Below, in pieces: positions 1-11,735 of a DNA stretch of 64,000 bases. The first letter of the stretch is position 1. Each line of letters begins with the position of its first letter. The DNA lies in assembly GCF_006345805.1 (NCBI RefSeq), contig NC_043001.1:9920001-9984000 (forward strand). The letters run 5' to 3'. The stretch comes from Octopus sinensis (taxonomy: Eukaryota). The translations under genes and the position numbers were made by a program. The notes beneath the pieces were generated by a model. That model searched no databases. It saw only the letters and a program-made list of their open reading frames with translations, and was not told the DNA's origin.

Positions 1-297
1 GTATGTGTCTGTCAGTATACATAAATTTTTGTGACAACTGACACACACACACATCTAAAGGCAGAGATAGGCATCCGGTGTGCCTTAATGTCTGTGTGTG
101 TGTGTGTCTTAATTTATGTACCCACTGTTACTCTACACAGTGAAGGTGCATGACCTAATGGTTAGATCAGGGGCTCTCAACCATTTCTTATGGCCCCAGT
201 TCATTACTATTTTATTGTGGTTGACCCCCATAATAATTCAATATTCCTATTTTGTTTTTCACACAAATTCCTATTTTTGTTTATGTGCCGGTAACAC

Positions 298-476
298 ATA
301 AAAAGCACCCACTACACTCTCAGAGTGGTTGGCGTTAAAAAGGGCATCCTGCTGTGGAAACACTGCCAGATCAGACTGGAGCCTAGTGCAGCCTCCTGGC
401 TTCCCAGACCCCAGTTGAACCACCCAACCCATGCCAGCATGGAAAACAGACGTTAAACGATGATGATGATGATGAC
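298..476 (+). mobile_element. SINE family C (RTE-type 3' tail, ends in (GAT)n)
   Basis: aaaagcacccactacactctc..ggcgtt..gggcatcc..ccatgccagcatggaaaacagacgttaaacgatgatgat; same sequence recurs at least 10 times in the window. Confidence 0.85.
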
Positions 477-1393
477 ATTAACTTGTGTAGGATGAAGTAT
501 GTAAAATGTTAGAGAAAGAAACCTAGCTGTTTTTTGCAATACACACCAGTTCATACATTTAAAGCAAAATATTTTCAGAGGCCCTTAAAATGCTTTTGCG
601 GATCTCCACAAGTTGGCTGTACATTAATTACGCACAACTAAAAGTCCCCTGCATATTATACTCAAGGGTGGATTATACTCTAGGATTTACAGTGTATATT
701 TTTTCCCAAAATCCAGTTACAATCTGCGCCTCTTTAATTTTAATTTTAATTTTTTATTTTGTTTTAATTTTCTCATGAAATTTTGTGGTGTTCAGAGAAA
801 TTTTTAAAGAAAATTTCATATCAAAATGTCCGAATTAGCTAAAACTGCTTCAAACGATTATCCTTGTGGTTTCAACTTTAATGTCAGAACTCTTAGAATT
901 TTGGCTGAAGATGAAGTTTGTTGACATTTCCTGTCAACAAATCATTCCTGAGTTCCGTGTTTTCAAATTTTTCCCCGAATAAAAATCCATTACTTGTAAA
1001 GCAGAAACAAAAATAAAGAAAAAGATCACAAACAGCAGAGGTTTATTACTGGATGTGCATCCAACCGTAAAATTCCTGCCTCAGATTCATTTGCTTCAAA
1101 AACAGTGTACCATGGCAAGACAAATGAATACATACATATATACATATATATATAAACAAATATATAGATATATATACACACACACATGCATACATACACA
1201 TATGCATTACACATGTGCACACACGCACGTACATATGCACATAAGTACACACACACACACACACATTGGTTTATGTCAGCTGAATGTGAGAGGAGTGCTC
1301 AATAGACGCTGTAGAGGATAAGGCATATGCATATATGTGTGTGTGTGTGTGTGTGTATGAGTATGTATGTGTGTGCATATATATATATATATA

Positions 1394-1793
1394 TTCTTTT
1401 ATTCTTTTATTTGTTTCAGTCATTTGACTGCAGCCATGCTGGGGCACCACCTTTAGTTGAGCAAGTCAACTCCAGGACTTATTCTTTATAAGCCTAGTAC
1501 TTATTCTGTCGGTCTCTCTTGCCGAACCACTAGGTGATGGGGACATAAACACACCAGCATCAGTTGTTAAGCAATGTTGCGGGGACAAACACAGACACAC
1601 ACATACACACACACACACATATATGACGGGCTTCTGTCAGTTTCCGTCTACTCACAAGGCTTTGGTCGGCCTAAGACTATAGTAGAAGACACTCACCTAA
1701 GGTGCCATGCAGTGGGGCTGAACCCGGAACCATGTGCTTGGTACACAAGCTACTTACCACACAGCCACTCCTGCACCTACACAGCCACTCCTG
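1394..1793 (-). mobile_element. SINE family A (tRNA/CORE-like head, internal microsatellite, Deu/Nin-like tail)
   Basis: Reverse complement of ggagtggctgtgtggtaagtagcttg..ggcaccttaggtgagtgtcttctactatag..gactgaaacaa; ~17 copies in the window; 20-bp tandem duplication at the head end. Confidence 0.9.
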
Positions 1794-2229
1794 GTGGTCC
1801 AGCAGCATTAATTATGTGCAAATTCTGAGGGCTCTCTGTTATTTTCCATAAAGAATTTCTACAAAAACATTTATAAGGGAACTTATTTTTACTTATATTT
1901 AGAAATTTCTTTATTTAATAAATCCTTCGTTTATATCTGGTTTAGAAAGTGATATTATGAAAGTTCTAAAGGAATATTATTAACAAAGCATTTACATAAT
2001 TCCACATTTAATTTTCTGCAAAACGAAATAAGATAAAAATGAACAAACTTTATATTTCGGGTTTTAAAATTTAAAAATACACTGCATTAATTTAAATCAT
2101 ATTTTGTTGATTGCTCTTAGCAATATCTTGATGAGATCAGTTCCACGTCTTCAAATGAATTTCTTTTTGCTAACAGGAAGAATGGAAGAATTTTTCCTGA
2201 TAACATAGAATTGAAGGAAAAGGCACCAA

Positions 2230-2472
2230 TGAATAAATAAATAAATAATAATGATAATAATAATAATAATGATAATAATAATAATGATGATAATAATAGT
2301 AATGATGATGATAATGATGATAATAATAATAATAATGATAATAATAATGATGATAATAATAGTAATGATGATAATAATGATAATAATAATAATAATAATA
2401 ATAATGATAATAATAGTAATGATGATAATAATAGTAATGATGATGATAATAATAATAATAATAGTAATGATA

Positions 2473-2503
<31 letters not shown>

Positions 2504-2661
2504 TATTAATAATGAAAATAATAATAATAATGATTATGATACTAATATTAATAGTGATAATAATAATAATGATAATAATAATAATAATAATGATAATAAT
2601 AGTAATGATGATGATAATAATAATAATAACAATATTAATAATAATAATAATAATAATAATA
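2230..2661. repeat. compound (ATA)n/(ATG)n microsatellite
   Basis: Direct reading; explains the poly-Ile/Met ORF 2251..2688. Confidence 0.98.
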
Positions 2662-3398
2662 AACGGAAAGAAGAGAAAAATCTTGTAACTATTTTATTAT
2701 TAATGAATTGCAAGATGCTCCTTAAATTTACTCCCTTCCTTTCTCCACTTAATATTTTAATGATAATTTGAGAAATTTAATCATGTTTAAAGCCACAGGA
2801 TTCTATTCCTAGGAGTGTTCGCATGACAGGGCATTTAGTGAAGGAAACTGCTGCTGCTGTAACTCTTCCCCCACCACTGCTATTACGGCTGCAATGAATG
2901 GGGGTAAACATAACAGAGTGAGGACTCTTGAAATTTCGTGCAGTGCAAGCATACTAATGCTGGTGTTGCAAAAACATGCATCCGGTGCACTTTGGAAAGA
3001 GGCTGTTGGATGGGTATCAATGGTGTGGAGTTCAACAGGACCTTTTGTTTCTCCTTTGAAATGCATCTCAGACACTCTTTAAAAAAGGGCTGGTGGTAAG
3101 AACAGCCAAGAGAAACTAAGTTGAAAATTTAAGGGTCTGAGTGAGATGTGCCCCTACCCGTGCCTGTTTAGAAGGACAGTGATTTTGAATAAGAATTGGG
3201 TCAAGAGGATAGGAAATGATTTGTCTGTCCACCCCAACATGGCATGGACTTATCTGTCCACCTCAGCAATGACTGTCCTTCCCAGGTGGATGTAGACACT
3301 AGAATGATCAGGGTTACAGTATTACAACTTGTTCGGTTGCTACCATTACGACTCATATTATTATGAGACAAGGAGGAAACCATTAAATACTTAATTTG

Positions 3399-3710
3399 GT
3401 GTAGGCACAATGGTCCAGTGGTTTGGGCAATGGACTCGCAGTTGTAGGATCGCGGTTTCGATTCCCAGATCGGGTGTTGTGAGTGTTTATTGAGCGAAAA
3501 CACCTAAAGCTCCACGAGGCACTGGCAGGGGGTGGTGGCGATCCCTGCTGTACTCATTTGCCACAACTTTCTCTCACTCTTTCTTCTGTTGGCCTGCTCG
3601 CTTAGCCAGCGGGGTGGCGTCATTTGAAGGCTAAAACAATGTGAAGCACATTGTGACCAGCGATGTGTAGCAACAGCTGATAGCCTGGTCGGTTACAGTG
3701 GTCACATAGT
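3399..3710 (+). mobile_element. SINE family E (tRNA-derived head)
   Basis: A-box-like tggtccagtggtt, B-box-like ggtttcgattccc; homologous to 14998-15300, 23866-24235 and 55940-56125. Confidence 0.85.
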
Positions 3711-3984
3711 TACTAGATCTGTTGGAAAATATTAGCCAAATAACAACCCTTACTATTTTAAAAGGGTTGTCTTAGATGCATTGTCTAAATCATGAGTCAG
3801 CAAAGTGTTCAATATTGACATCTGGGGGTGGTTCTTGTGGCTATCCAAGGGGTCAGAAAACATTTGGAATAATTTTGAGCATTCAGGTCTGGTCAGATGT
3901 AGGGACATGCCCTGTTGTATCACCCTGCTGCATTTACCATTTATCAAGATATTCCTGGGTCCTTACAGGTGACCCGTCGAACAG

Positions 3985-4152
3985 AATCCCAGTCATCCCA
4001 GTATGCAACTGGTACTTAATTTATCGACCCCAGAAAGGATGAAAGACAAAGACGACCTCAGCGGAATTTGAACTCCGAATGTGAAGACAGACAAAATACC
4101 GCTAAGCATTTCGCCCGACGTGCTGACATTTCTGCCAGCTCACCACCTTAGC
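3985..4152 (-). mobile_element. SINE family B (tRNA head plus Deu/Nin-like domain), partial
   Basis: Reverse complement of aaggtggtgagctggcagaa..gagttcaaattcc..ctttcatcctttctggggtcgataaattaagtaccag. Confidence 0.85.
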
Positions 4153-4694
4153 ATTATTGATTATTGATCTTATTGGTCAGTATTGATTGCGGTTCAATAA
4201 CCACCACTACTATTGCTACTATCACTACTTACACCATAACAACAATCGAAGCCCATTAGAATAAATATATAAAAAAAGAAAGAAAAAAACAACAAGGGAG
4301 CCTTTACAAAGCTACTTGGCTGCTAGAAATAGCAGCCAAATGGCCCAGGAATGCTTTTGTTTAAAAGTTATTTCAGTCAGGGCTGGCATGGGACTAAACA
4401 GTTACAATGACTATAACCTTTACATTTACTACTACTACTACTGCTACTACTACGACTACTACTACTACTACTACTATAATTTTCCTACTTCTATTACACC
4501 ATCACATGCTTTGCTGTGACCATCACCACTTTACTACTATTAACTCCTCCACCACCATCACCATCACCACTACCACCACCTTGTTCTATTACTGCCATTT
4601 TCACCCCCTCATGCACTTTTATTATTATAGATGCTTTTATAAATTCTCTAAATGATTTTTGTGATTTCTTACTGTCAAATATTGTGCCAAGCTT

Positions 4695-4739
<45 letters not shown>

Positions 4740-5305
4740 TTGGATATATGCAGTTATGTATGTGTGTGTATATGTATGTATACGCATTTAGTCATCAAAC
4801 ATCATTGTGTGTAGAATGACTTAAACTTCGTTAGAAAGGTTGGTAGAAACTGAAATGTATATTTGGCAAGGATGTAAGAGACGTTAATAATATTTTTAAT
4901 TACTGTGATTGCAAATAGAGTTACAGGCCTTGAATATTTCCGTGCGTGACCTCTTGTAACAAAGATAGTTTCTCATCATAATCGTAGATGTTGAAGATTT
5001 AATTGTATTTGTTAATCCCCACATGTCTAAATATACTCGTGCATTAATAGACGTACTGCTTTACGACTGCTAGCAGTTATTTGGACTGTGGCCATGCTGG
5101 AGCACTGTGGTTGGCAGCTTTTAGTAGATACAGTCTAGTGTCTGTTTTATTGATTTCTGGTTACTAATTGGCTAAATTACCTTTTGATATAAAGGAACAC
5201 AACCACACAAACACCCATTCACAAGTGCATGTATGTGCATGTGTGTATGTGTGTATGTGTATGTATATACATACATATATATATTTATATATATACATAC
5301 ATACA

Positions 5306-5341
<36 letters not shown>

Positions 5342-5345
5342 TATG

Positions 5346-5570
5346 TCATCCTCATCATTTAACGTCTGTTGTCTATGCTGGCATGGTTTGGACAGGATCT
5401 GGTCTGATTTAGCATGGTTTTCTACAGCTGGATGCCCTTCCTAAAGCCAACCACTCCGAGAGTGTAGTGGGTGCTTTTACGTGCCACCAGCATGGGTGCC
5501 ATTTGTGGGACACCAGTATCTTCCATGACTGCTGCTTTGCTTGGTTTCATGATTCTTCTCAAGTATGGCA
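5346..5570 (-). mobile_element. SINE family C copy
   Basis: tcatcctcatcatttaacgtctg..tttctacagctggatgcccttcctaaagccaaccactccgagagtgtagtgggtgct. Confidence 0.8.
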
Positions 5571-5679
5571 AGGTCAACTTTGATAAATTAAGTACCAGTT
5601 GTGTACTGGGGTCAATCTAATCGACTGGACCCCTCTCCCAAAATTTTGGGCCGTGTGCCTAGAGTAGAAAAGATATTTA

Positions 5680-5900
5680 TTTCTTTATTGCTCAGAGGGG
5701 ACAAACAAGGACAGACAAAGGGATTAAGTTAGTTACATCGACCCCAGTGCATAACTGGTACTTATTTAATTGTGACTCTGAAAGGTTGAAAGGCAAAGTC
5801 GAACTTGGCTGAATTTGAACTCAGAACATACCAGTAGATGAAATACTGCCAAGCATTTCACCCAGCATGCTAACGATTCTACCAGCTCACCACCCTGAAT
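5680..5900 (-). mobile_element. SINE family B copy, CpG-decayed
   Basis: Homologous to 43716-43948, with many CG to TG/CA changes. Confidence 0.8.
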
Positions 5901-6582
5901 ATTGATCCAATCAATGGAATAGCCTGCTTGTGAAATTAACATACAAGTGTCTGAGTACTCCACAGACATGCACACCCTTAATGTAACTCTCGGGGAGAAT
6001 CAGTGTGACACAGACTGTGACAAGGCTGGCCCTTGTGAATTACTGGTACAATTCAGTTTTGCTTGCTGAGTGGTTTGGAGCGATATGAAAACGTATTTTG
6101 CTCAAGGATACAATGAGCCACCCAATAGCAAACTCCTGACCTTACGACTGTGGGCCGAGTGCCCTAACCACTAAGCCACATGCCTTCACCATCATTATAT
6201 TACATCATTTCTCTTGGCATCACCATTCTTTGTTCAATCCATATGGTGTCATTTTTTGTTTCTTTGCAACTGGCTCCATTTTCAGTCATGTGAACAGCCT
6301 GGATATTAATGTCATCAACTAATTATTTTATTAATGTCACAAATGTCTAAACTGAGTTGTAAATGGAATATCAAGTACATTCGGTGATTGCCAGTGACAT
6401 TCCTCCCAGCCTCCTCCCCCTTCCCAGTTGTTTGGCTTTTTTTTTTTGGTTCAAAGTAACTGCACAATGAAACCTGTCTTAACACTTTACCGTTCAGAGA
6501 TCCCTGCCGCATGTAAAGCTGACTTAGTCGCATTGTTCTGAATTAATCATGCATTATCTTGTAGCATCAAGATTTCGATGAT

Positions 6583-6790
6583 GATGAGGAGGAGGAGGAG
6601 GAAGTGATGATAATGATAATGATGATGATAATGATGTGATGATGATGACGATAACGATCATGATGATGATGAGGAGAAGGACGAGGAGGAAGAGGAGGAT
6701 GTTATGATGATGAAGAGGAGGATGTTATGATGATGAAGAGGAGGATGTGATGATGATTATGATGTGATGGTGATGTGATGATGAAGTGAT
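6583..6790. repeat. (GAT)n/(GAG)n compound microsatellite
   Basis: Direct reading. Confidence 0.95.
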
Positions 6791-6800
6791 GCTGATGATA

Positions 6801-6875
6801 AACTAAAGTACACTCTGTGTACTTTAGTTCTGTTACCATAGCAACAGTCCCTATACTTTTGATCAGATCTTGTAT
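6801..6875 (-). mobile_element. possible Tc1/mariner-type terminal fragment ending in a perfect 13-bp hairpin
   Basis: Minus strand starts TACAAGATCTGATCAAAAGTAT, resembling mariner TA-C..TCAAAAGT termini; 6801-6813 AACTAAAGTACAC pairs with 6817-6829. Confidence 0.4.
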
Positions 6876-7050
6876 GCATGTACGTGTGGGTGAGTGTGTG
6901 TAAGTGTGTATGTGAGTGAGTGTGTGTGTATATATATATATATATAAACTAAATATATACATACATACTGTACATACAAACACATACTTTTATTGTTACA
7001 AAACAAATTTTGGATAGAAATTTAAGAAATGGGAAATATTTCATCACCTT

Positions 7051-7180
7051 CCTTGTTTGTTTTGCAAAATAGTGGTTTTGTCTCTAATAATATTTTATAA
7101 TATTTTACTATAAAATTGGATTTAATCCTAAATCTGATTTTTTCCCTGTAAATTTGGATTTATTCCCTAATATTTATTAT
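7051..7180 (+). mobile_element. 3' tail fragment of the HHR-bearing element family seen at 10920-11090
   Basis: 7051-7088 matches the reverse complement of 10926-10963 at 36/38 nt; ends at a (TA)n tract. Confidence 0.7.
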
Positions 7181-7197
7181 TTATATATATATATATA

Positions 7198-8080
7198 ATC
7201 AAAAATAAGCAACAAGAATAACTTCGGTAATTTGGTAGGATCGTTTCACACTTATATATATCTATATAAATATATAACAGGAGCAAAAATGCTGGACATT
7301 CAGTATACACCACGTGGCAAAATTATGAGTTGGAAATATGTGGAAAACATATATATAAAATGTGGAAGAGAAATGCCTTCGTTTCACATAGTTTAATATC
7401 TTTTTATAAAGAAATTTTTTAAAATATATACATATTTTATGGCTGTAGTGATATGCAACTGGTTTTCGCTATTTAAATTAGCTTTTCGAGGGTCATTGTG
7501 AAGTAATCAATTCTTGTGACATGGGGGGTCTCACCATTTTGGATGCTTGAAAAGTAAGAATGAGTCTAGAGAGGGACCAAGGTGGCAAGGGTAACAACTA
7601 ACTCCTCAGTATAATTTTTTGAAGCGGTCAAGTTTGTATATTAAGGAGTGGTCTGTATGAACAGGTTTTCCTTGTTTAGGCATTCTTGTAAGGAGATTGA
7701 ATCTTTGCATTGGTATAATGGAAAGATATGGAAGTTCAGTGTTTTCTTTCTTGCACATCCGATGATATGTTCGCTAAGGGCTAACTCCCTGTACTGAGGA
7801 AGACAAATCTGTTCTTTATGCAGCATGACACTGCATCTCAAAGTAAGGCTCGTTTGGCCCACATAGTTGTGGCCACAACCTGAGCAGTTTAGAACATAGA
7901 TAAGGTTCTGGGAAGCACATGTGAAGTTGGTCTTAATTGAGAAGTTTTCTCCTTGCTGGAAATTGAATTCCGAGCCTTCCATTAGGTATGAGCATCTACC
8001 ACAATTAGGTCGTCTGATTTTTTAACTGTTGGTATCATATGTATTGAGTATAGTTTTGCATTTTGATCAGATCTTGTGTG
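7198..8080 (-). mobile_element. 5'-truncated Penelope-like retroelement (PLE), copy 1
   Basis: Contains GIY-YIG ORF remnant and 3' UTR; bounded by (TA)n tracts; repeated at +903 bp. Confidence 0.9.
7641..8062 (-). pseudogene. PLE GIY-YIG endonuclease domain, frameshifted
   Basis: PTVKK(C)RRPNCGRCSYL-MEGSEF..FTCASQNLIYVLNCSGCGHNYVGQTSLTL..HKEQI..LSEHI..C matches the PLE Zn-knuckle linker plus GIY-YIG signature (LIY..YVGQT); apparent 1-nt deletion near 8016 breaks the upstream frame. Confidence 0.9.
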
Positions 8081-8100
8081 TATATATATATATATATATA

Positions 8101-8976
8101 ATCAAAAATAAGCAACAAGAATAACTTCGGTAATTTGGTAGGATCGTTTCACACTTATATATATCTATATAAATATATAACAGGAGCAAAAATGCTGGAC
8201 ATTCAGTATACACCACGTGGCAAAATTATGAGTTGGAAATATGTGGAAAACATATATATAAAATGTGGAAGAGAAATGCCTTCGTTTCACATAGTTTAAT
8301 ATCTTTTTATAAAGAAATTTTTTAAAATATATACATATTTTATGGCTGTAGTGATATGCAACTGGTTTTCGCTATTTAAATTAGCTTTTCGAGGGTCATT
8401 GTGAAGTAATCAATTCTTGTGACATGGGGGGTCTCACCATTTTGGATGCTTGAAAAGTAAGAATGAGTCTAGAGAGGGACCAAGGTGGCAAGGGTAACAA
8501 CTAACTCCTCAGTATAATTTTTTGAAGCGGTCAAGTTTGTATATTAAGGAGTGGTCTGTATGAACAGGTTTTCCTTGTTTAGGCATTCTTGTAAGGAGAT
8601 TGAATCTTTGCATGGTATAATGGAAAGATATGGAAGTTCAGTGTTTTCTTTCTTGCACATCCGATGATATGTTCACTAAGGGCTAACTCCCTGTACTGAG
8701 GAAGACAAATCTGTTCTTTATGCAGCATGACACTGCATCTCAAAGTAAGGCTCGTTTGGCCCACATAGTTGTGGCCACAACCTGAGCAGTTTAGAACATA
8801 GATAAGGTTCTGGGAAGCACATGTGAAGTTGGTCTTAATTGAGAAGTTTTCTCCTTGCTGGAAATTGAATTCCGAGCCTTCCATTAGGTATGAGCATCTA
8901 CCACAATTAGGTCGTCTGATTTTTTAACTGTTGGTATCATATGTATTGAGTATAGTTTTGCATTTTGATCAGATCT

Positions 8977-8982
<6 letters not shown>
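8101..8982 (-). mobile_element. PLE copy 2 (tandem duplicate) with GIY-YIG remnant 8579-8884
   Basis: Near-identical to copy 1; differences I could see are a 1-bp deletion near 8611 (frameshift) and G/A at 7772 vs 8674. Confidence 0.9.
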
Positions 8983-9016
<34 letters not shown>

Positions 9017-9075
9017 GTATGTATGTATGCATGCATGTGTGTATATAAGTTATATAAGTTATCTATTTCACCAAT

Positions 9076-9303
9076 TTAACCCTTTCGTTACCAACCCGGC
9101 TGAAACTGGCTCTGGCTCTGAGTACAAATGTCTTGTTTTCATAAGTTTTGAATTAAAATCTTCCACCAAACTTTAGTCACAATTTATGTGCTTAACACTA
9201 GCTTAATTATAACTAAGTTATTTTACTAGATTATTTGTTATATTTAAAGCAATTGAAAGAAACAGAAAGCATCTCAAAATATATACAGTAACAACAGGGT
9301 TAA
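9076..9303. mobile_element. piggyBac-type MITE (TTAA..CCCT TIR)
   Basis: TTAACCCTTTCGTTAC .. GTAACAACAGGGTTAA; homologous inverted copy at 54381-54609. Confidence 0.8.
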
Positions 9304-9671
9304 CTAAACTATTTTAGTGAAAAATACCAAAGTATAATGCTTATAAAATTGTAATTATTATTATTGTTTCCCATTTGGATAAAATAGAATTTTCTCTTTT
9401 CCCTCTGTGTATTATTTTAGTGAATATATATTTACATTTCTTCTATTTTAGCAATTAGGAAATTCCATTTTGAATGGAAAACTTATTAGTACAATTAGTC
9501 TTTTCATTGCAAACCAAATTTTAATCATTGTTTCAATATGTTAAAAATACAGGCTGTAAGAATGTTTCAGGCTCTTGTATTTCTTTCATCGTCGTGAACA
9601 ATTCCAGCGTGCCGTAAAGCTGAGATAAACAAGCACACCTATACATATGTATATGTATGTATATATATATG

Positions 9672-9704
<33 letters not shown>

Positions 9705-9708
9705 ATAC

Positions 9709-9747
<39 letters not shown>

Positions 9748-9783
9748 TATATATATATACTTATACACACACACATATATATA

Positions 9784-9828
9784 TACAAACACGCAGACAT
9801 ATATATAAGTACATACGCTCACATATAA

Positions 9829-9861
<33 letters not shown>

Positions 9862-9896
9862 AGCACGCAAACATATACATAAGTACATACGCTCAC

Positions 9897-9939
<43 letters not shown>

Positions 9940-10153
9940 ACACGCAAACATATACATAAATACATACGCTCACACATGAATATATATTTATAGACAAACA
10001 CGCAAATATATACATAAGTACATACGCTCACATATAAATATATATATACAGACAAACATGCAAACATATACATAAATACACACGCTCACATATGAATATA
10101 TATATATATATATATAGACAAACACGCAAACATATACATATGCTCACATATGA

Positions 10154-10184
<31 letters not shown>

Positions 10185-10230
10185 AACACGCAAACATATA
10201 CATAAATGCATACGCTCACCTATGAATATA
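9784..10230. repeat. minisatellite, ~7 units of ACAAACACGCAAACATATACATAA(G/A)TACATACGCTCACATAT(A/G)AA plus variable (TA)n
   Basis: Direct reading of recurring units. Confidence 0.9.
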
Positions 10231-10869
10231 TATATGTGTGTATATATAAATAAACATACCCACGCATATATAGATAATATTGTGAAGTGTTATGTTTTTG
10301 TATGCTTTACTTATGCAAGTATTTCTCTTCTCTTGTTTACACATTAACTCATATTATCTTCTTAACATATAAGAATATTACCGTTGGCCTGCAGGCAAAT
10401 ATTTTCCTAATCACATGCGATATACATAGACATAGAATATTTTTAGCATTTCTACATTACTGGAATGCACTTCATTGCTTAATTATCAACACTGAATGAA
10501 AATCATCATTACTATTAAGCTAAGTAGTTGTTACAAGAATGGATACAGCACCAGGCAAAAACGCTTTACACTGTTTCATTATGTGTCTTTAGGTTCTGGG
10601 TTCAAATCCCAACAAAGTATTTTGGTTTCATCATCTCGGGGTCAGCAACATAGGTAACTGTCATAAGCTAGTATTTTTGTGAAATATGCTATAAAAAGAT
10701 ATAGAATTAATGGTGTGACTACATAGTAAGAACCACATGGTCATGGACACAGTCCCACTACATGACACCTTGGGTATCTTCTTCTACAGCCTTGGGGCAA
10801 TTAAAGTCTTGTGAGTGGATTTGTAAGCAGAAACTGAAAAAAACCTTATAGTATGTATATGTATGTATG

Positions 10870-10919
<50 letters not shown>

Positions 10920-10926
<7 letters not shown>

Positions 10927-11090
10927 TTAGAGACAAAACCACTATTTTGTAAATCAAACAAGGAAAGACTTAATCAATGCATAAAAAAATTTTAATATAA
11001 AGTAAATAAATCGCCACTACAATTGTTTCCTGTCTTCAAATGACATTCATCAGGTGGATTTCATATCTTCCATTCAATTTAATATATATT
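10920..11090 (-). mobile_element. short non-autonomous PLE-like element carrying a hammerhead
   Basis: Contains HHR; 3' end abuts (TA)n; tail fragments recur at 7051-7180 and 49547-49606. Confidence 0.7.
11008..11061 (-). ncRNA. type I hammerhead ribozyme motif (C3:G8)
   Basis: AAAUCCAC CUGAUGA A UGUC auuugaa GACA G GAAA CAAUUG UA GUGG cg AUUU: stem I CCAC/GUGG plus AAAU/AUUU with 2-nt bulge, palindromic stem III ACAAUUGU, GUA triplet. Confidence 0.8.
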
Positions 11091-11150
11091 CCAACCCATG
11101 CTAGCATGGAGAACGGACGTTAAACGATGATGATGATGATGATGATATAT

Positions 11151-11542
11151 GGCATGGATGTGTGATAAGAAGCTTGCTTACCAACCACATAGTTCTGGGT
11201 TCAGTCCCACTGTGTGCCACCTCTACAATAGCTTCGGATTGAGTAGATTTCGTAGCCTTGTGAGTAGATTTGGTAGATGGAAACTGAAAGAAGCCAGTCA
11301 TATATATATATAAATATATATATATATGTATATGTTTGTGCGTCTGTATTTGTCTCCTCACCATTGCTTGGTAACTGATGCTGGTGTGTTTACACCGCCG
11401 TAACTTAGTGGTTGAGCAAAAGGGACTGGTAGAATAAGTACTAGGCTTACAAAGAATAAATCCTTGGGTTGATTTGTTCAACTAAAGTTGGTGCTCCAGC
11501 ATGGCAGCAGTCAAATGACTAAAACAAATAAAGGAATAAATG
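11151..11542 (+). mobile_element. SINE family A copy
   Basis: Full head-microsatellite-tail layout. Confidence 0.85.
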
Positions 11543-11551
11543 AATATATAT

Positions 11552-11735
11552 AGTTCGAATTTTCAGAAAAGAAAAGAGGAAGCCAGGTGAAGAAACAACA
11601 CAAGCAGGTGTGTTAGTGTAATACTCGGGAAGAATGAAAAGTCTTTTATATTTTGAGCCTACGCTCTTCATCAAAAGGGATTAAAAGGTAAAAAAAACGG
11701 AGAGAAAATGTGTAGAGATTGACGGTTCAACATGA
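11552..11735 (-). mobile_element. short element with decayed hammerhead (11642-11678)
   Basis: UUGAUGA A GAGC guag GCUC AAAA UAU A AAAG is a CpG-decayed form of CUGAUGA..GAAACGUA; 3' end at (TA)n. Confidence 0.55.
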
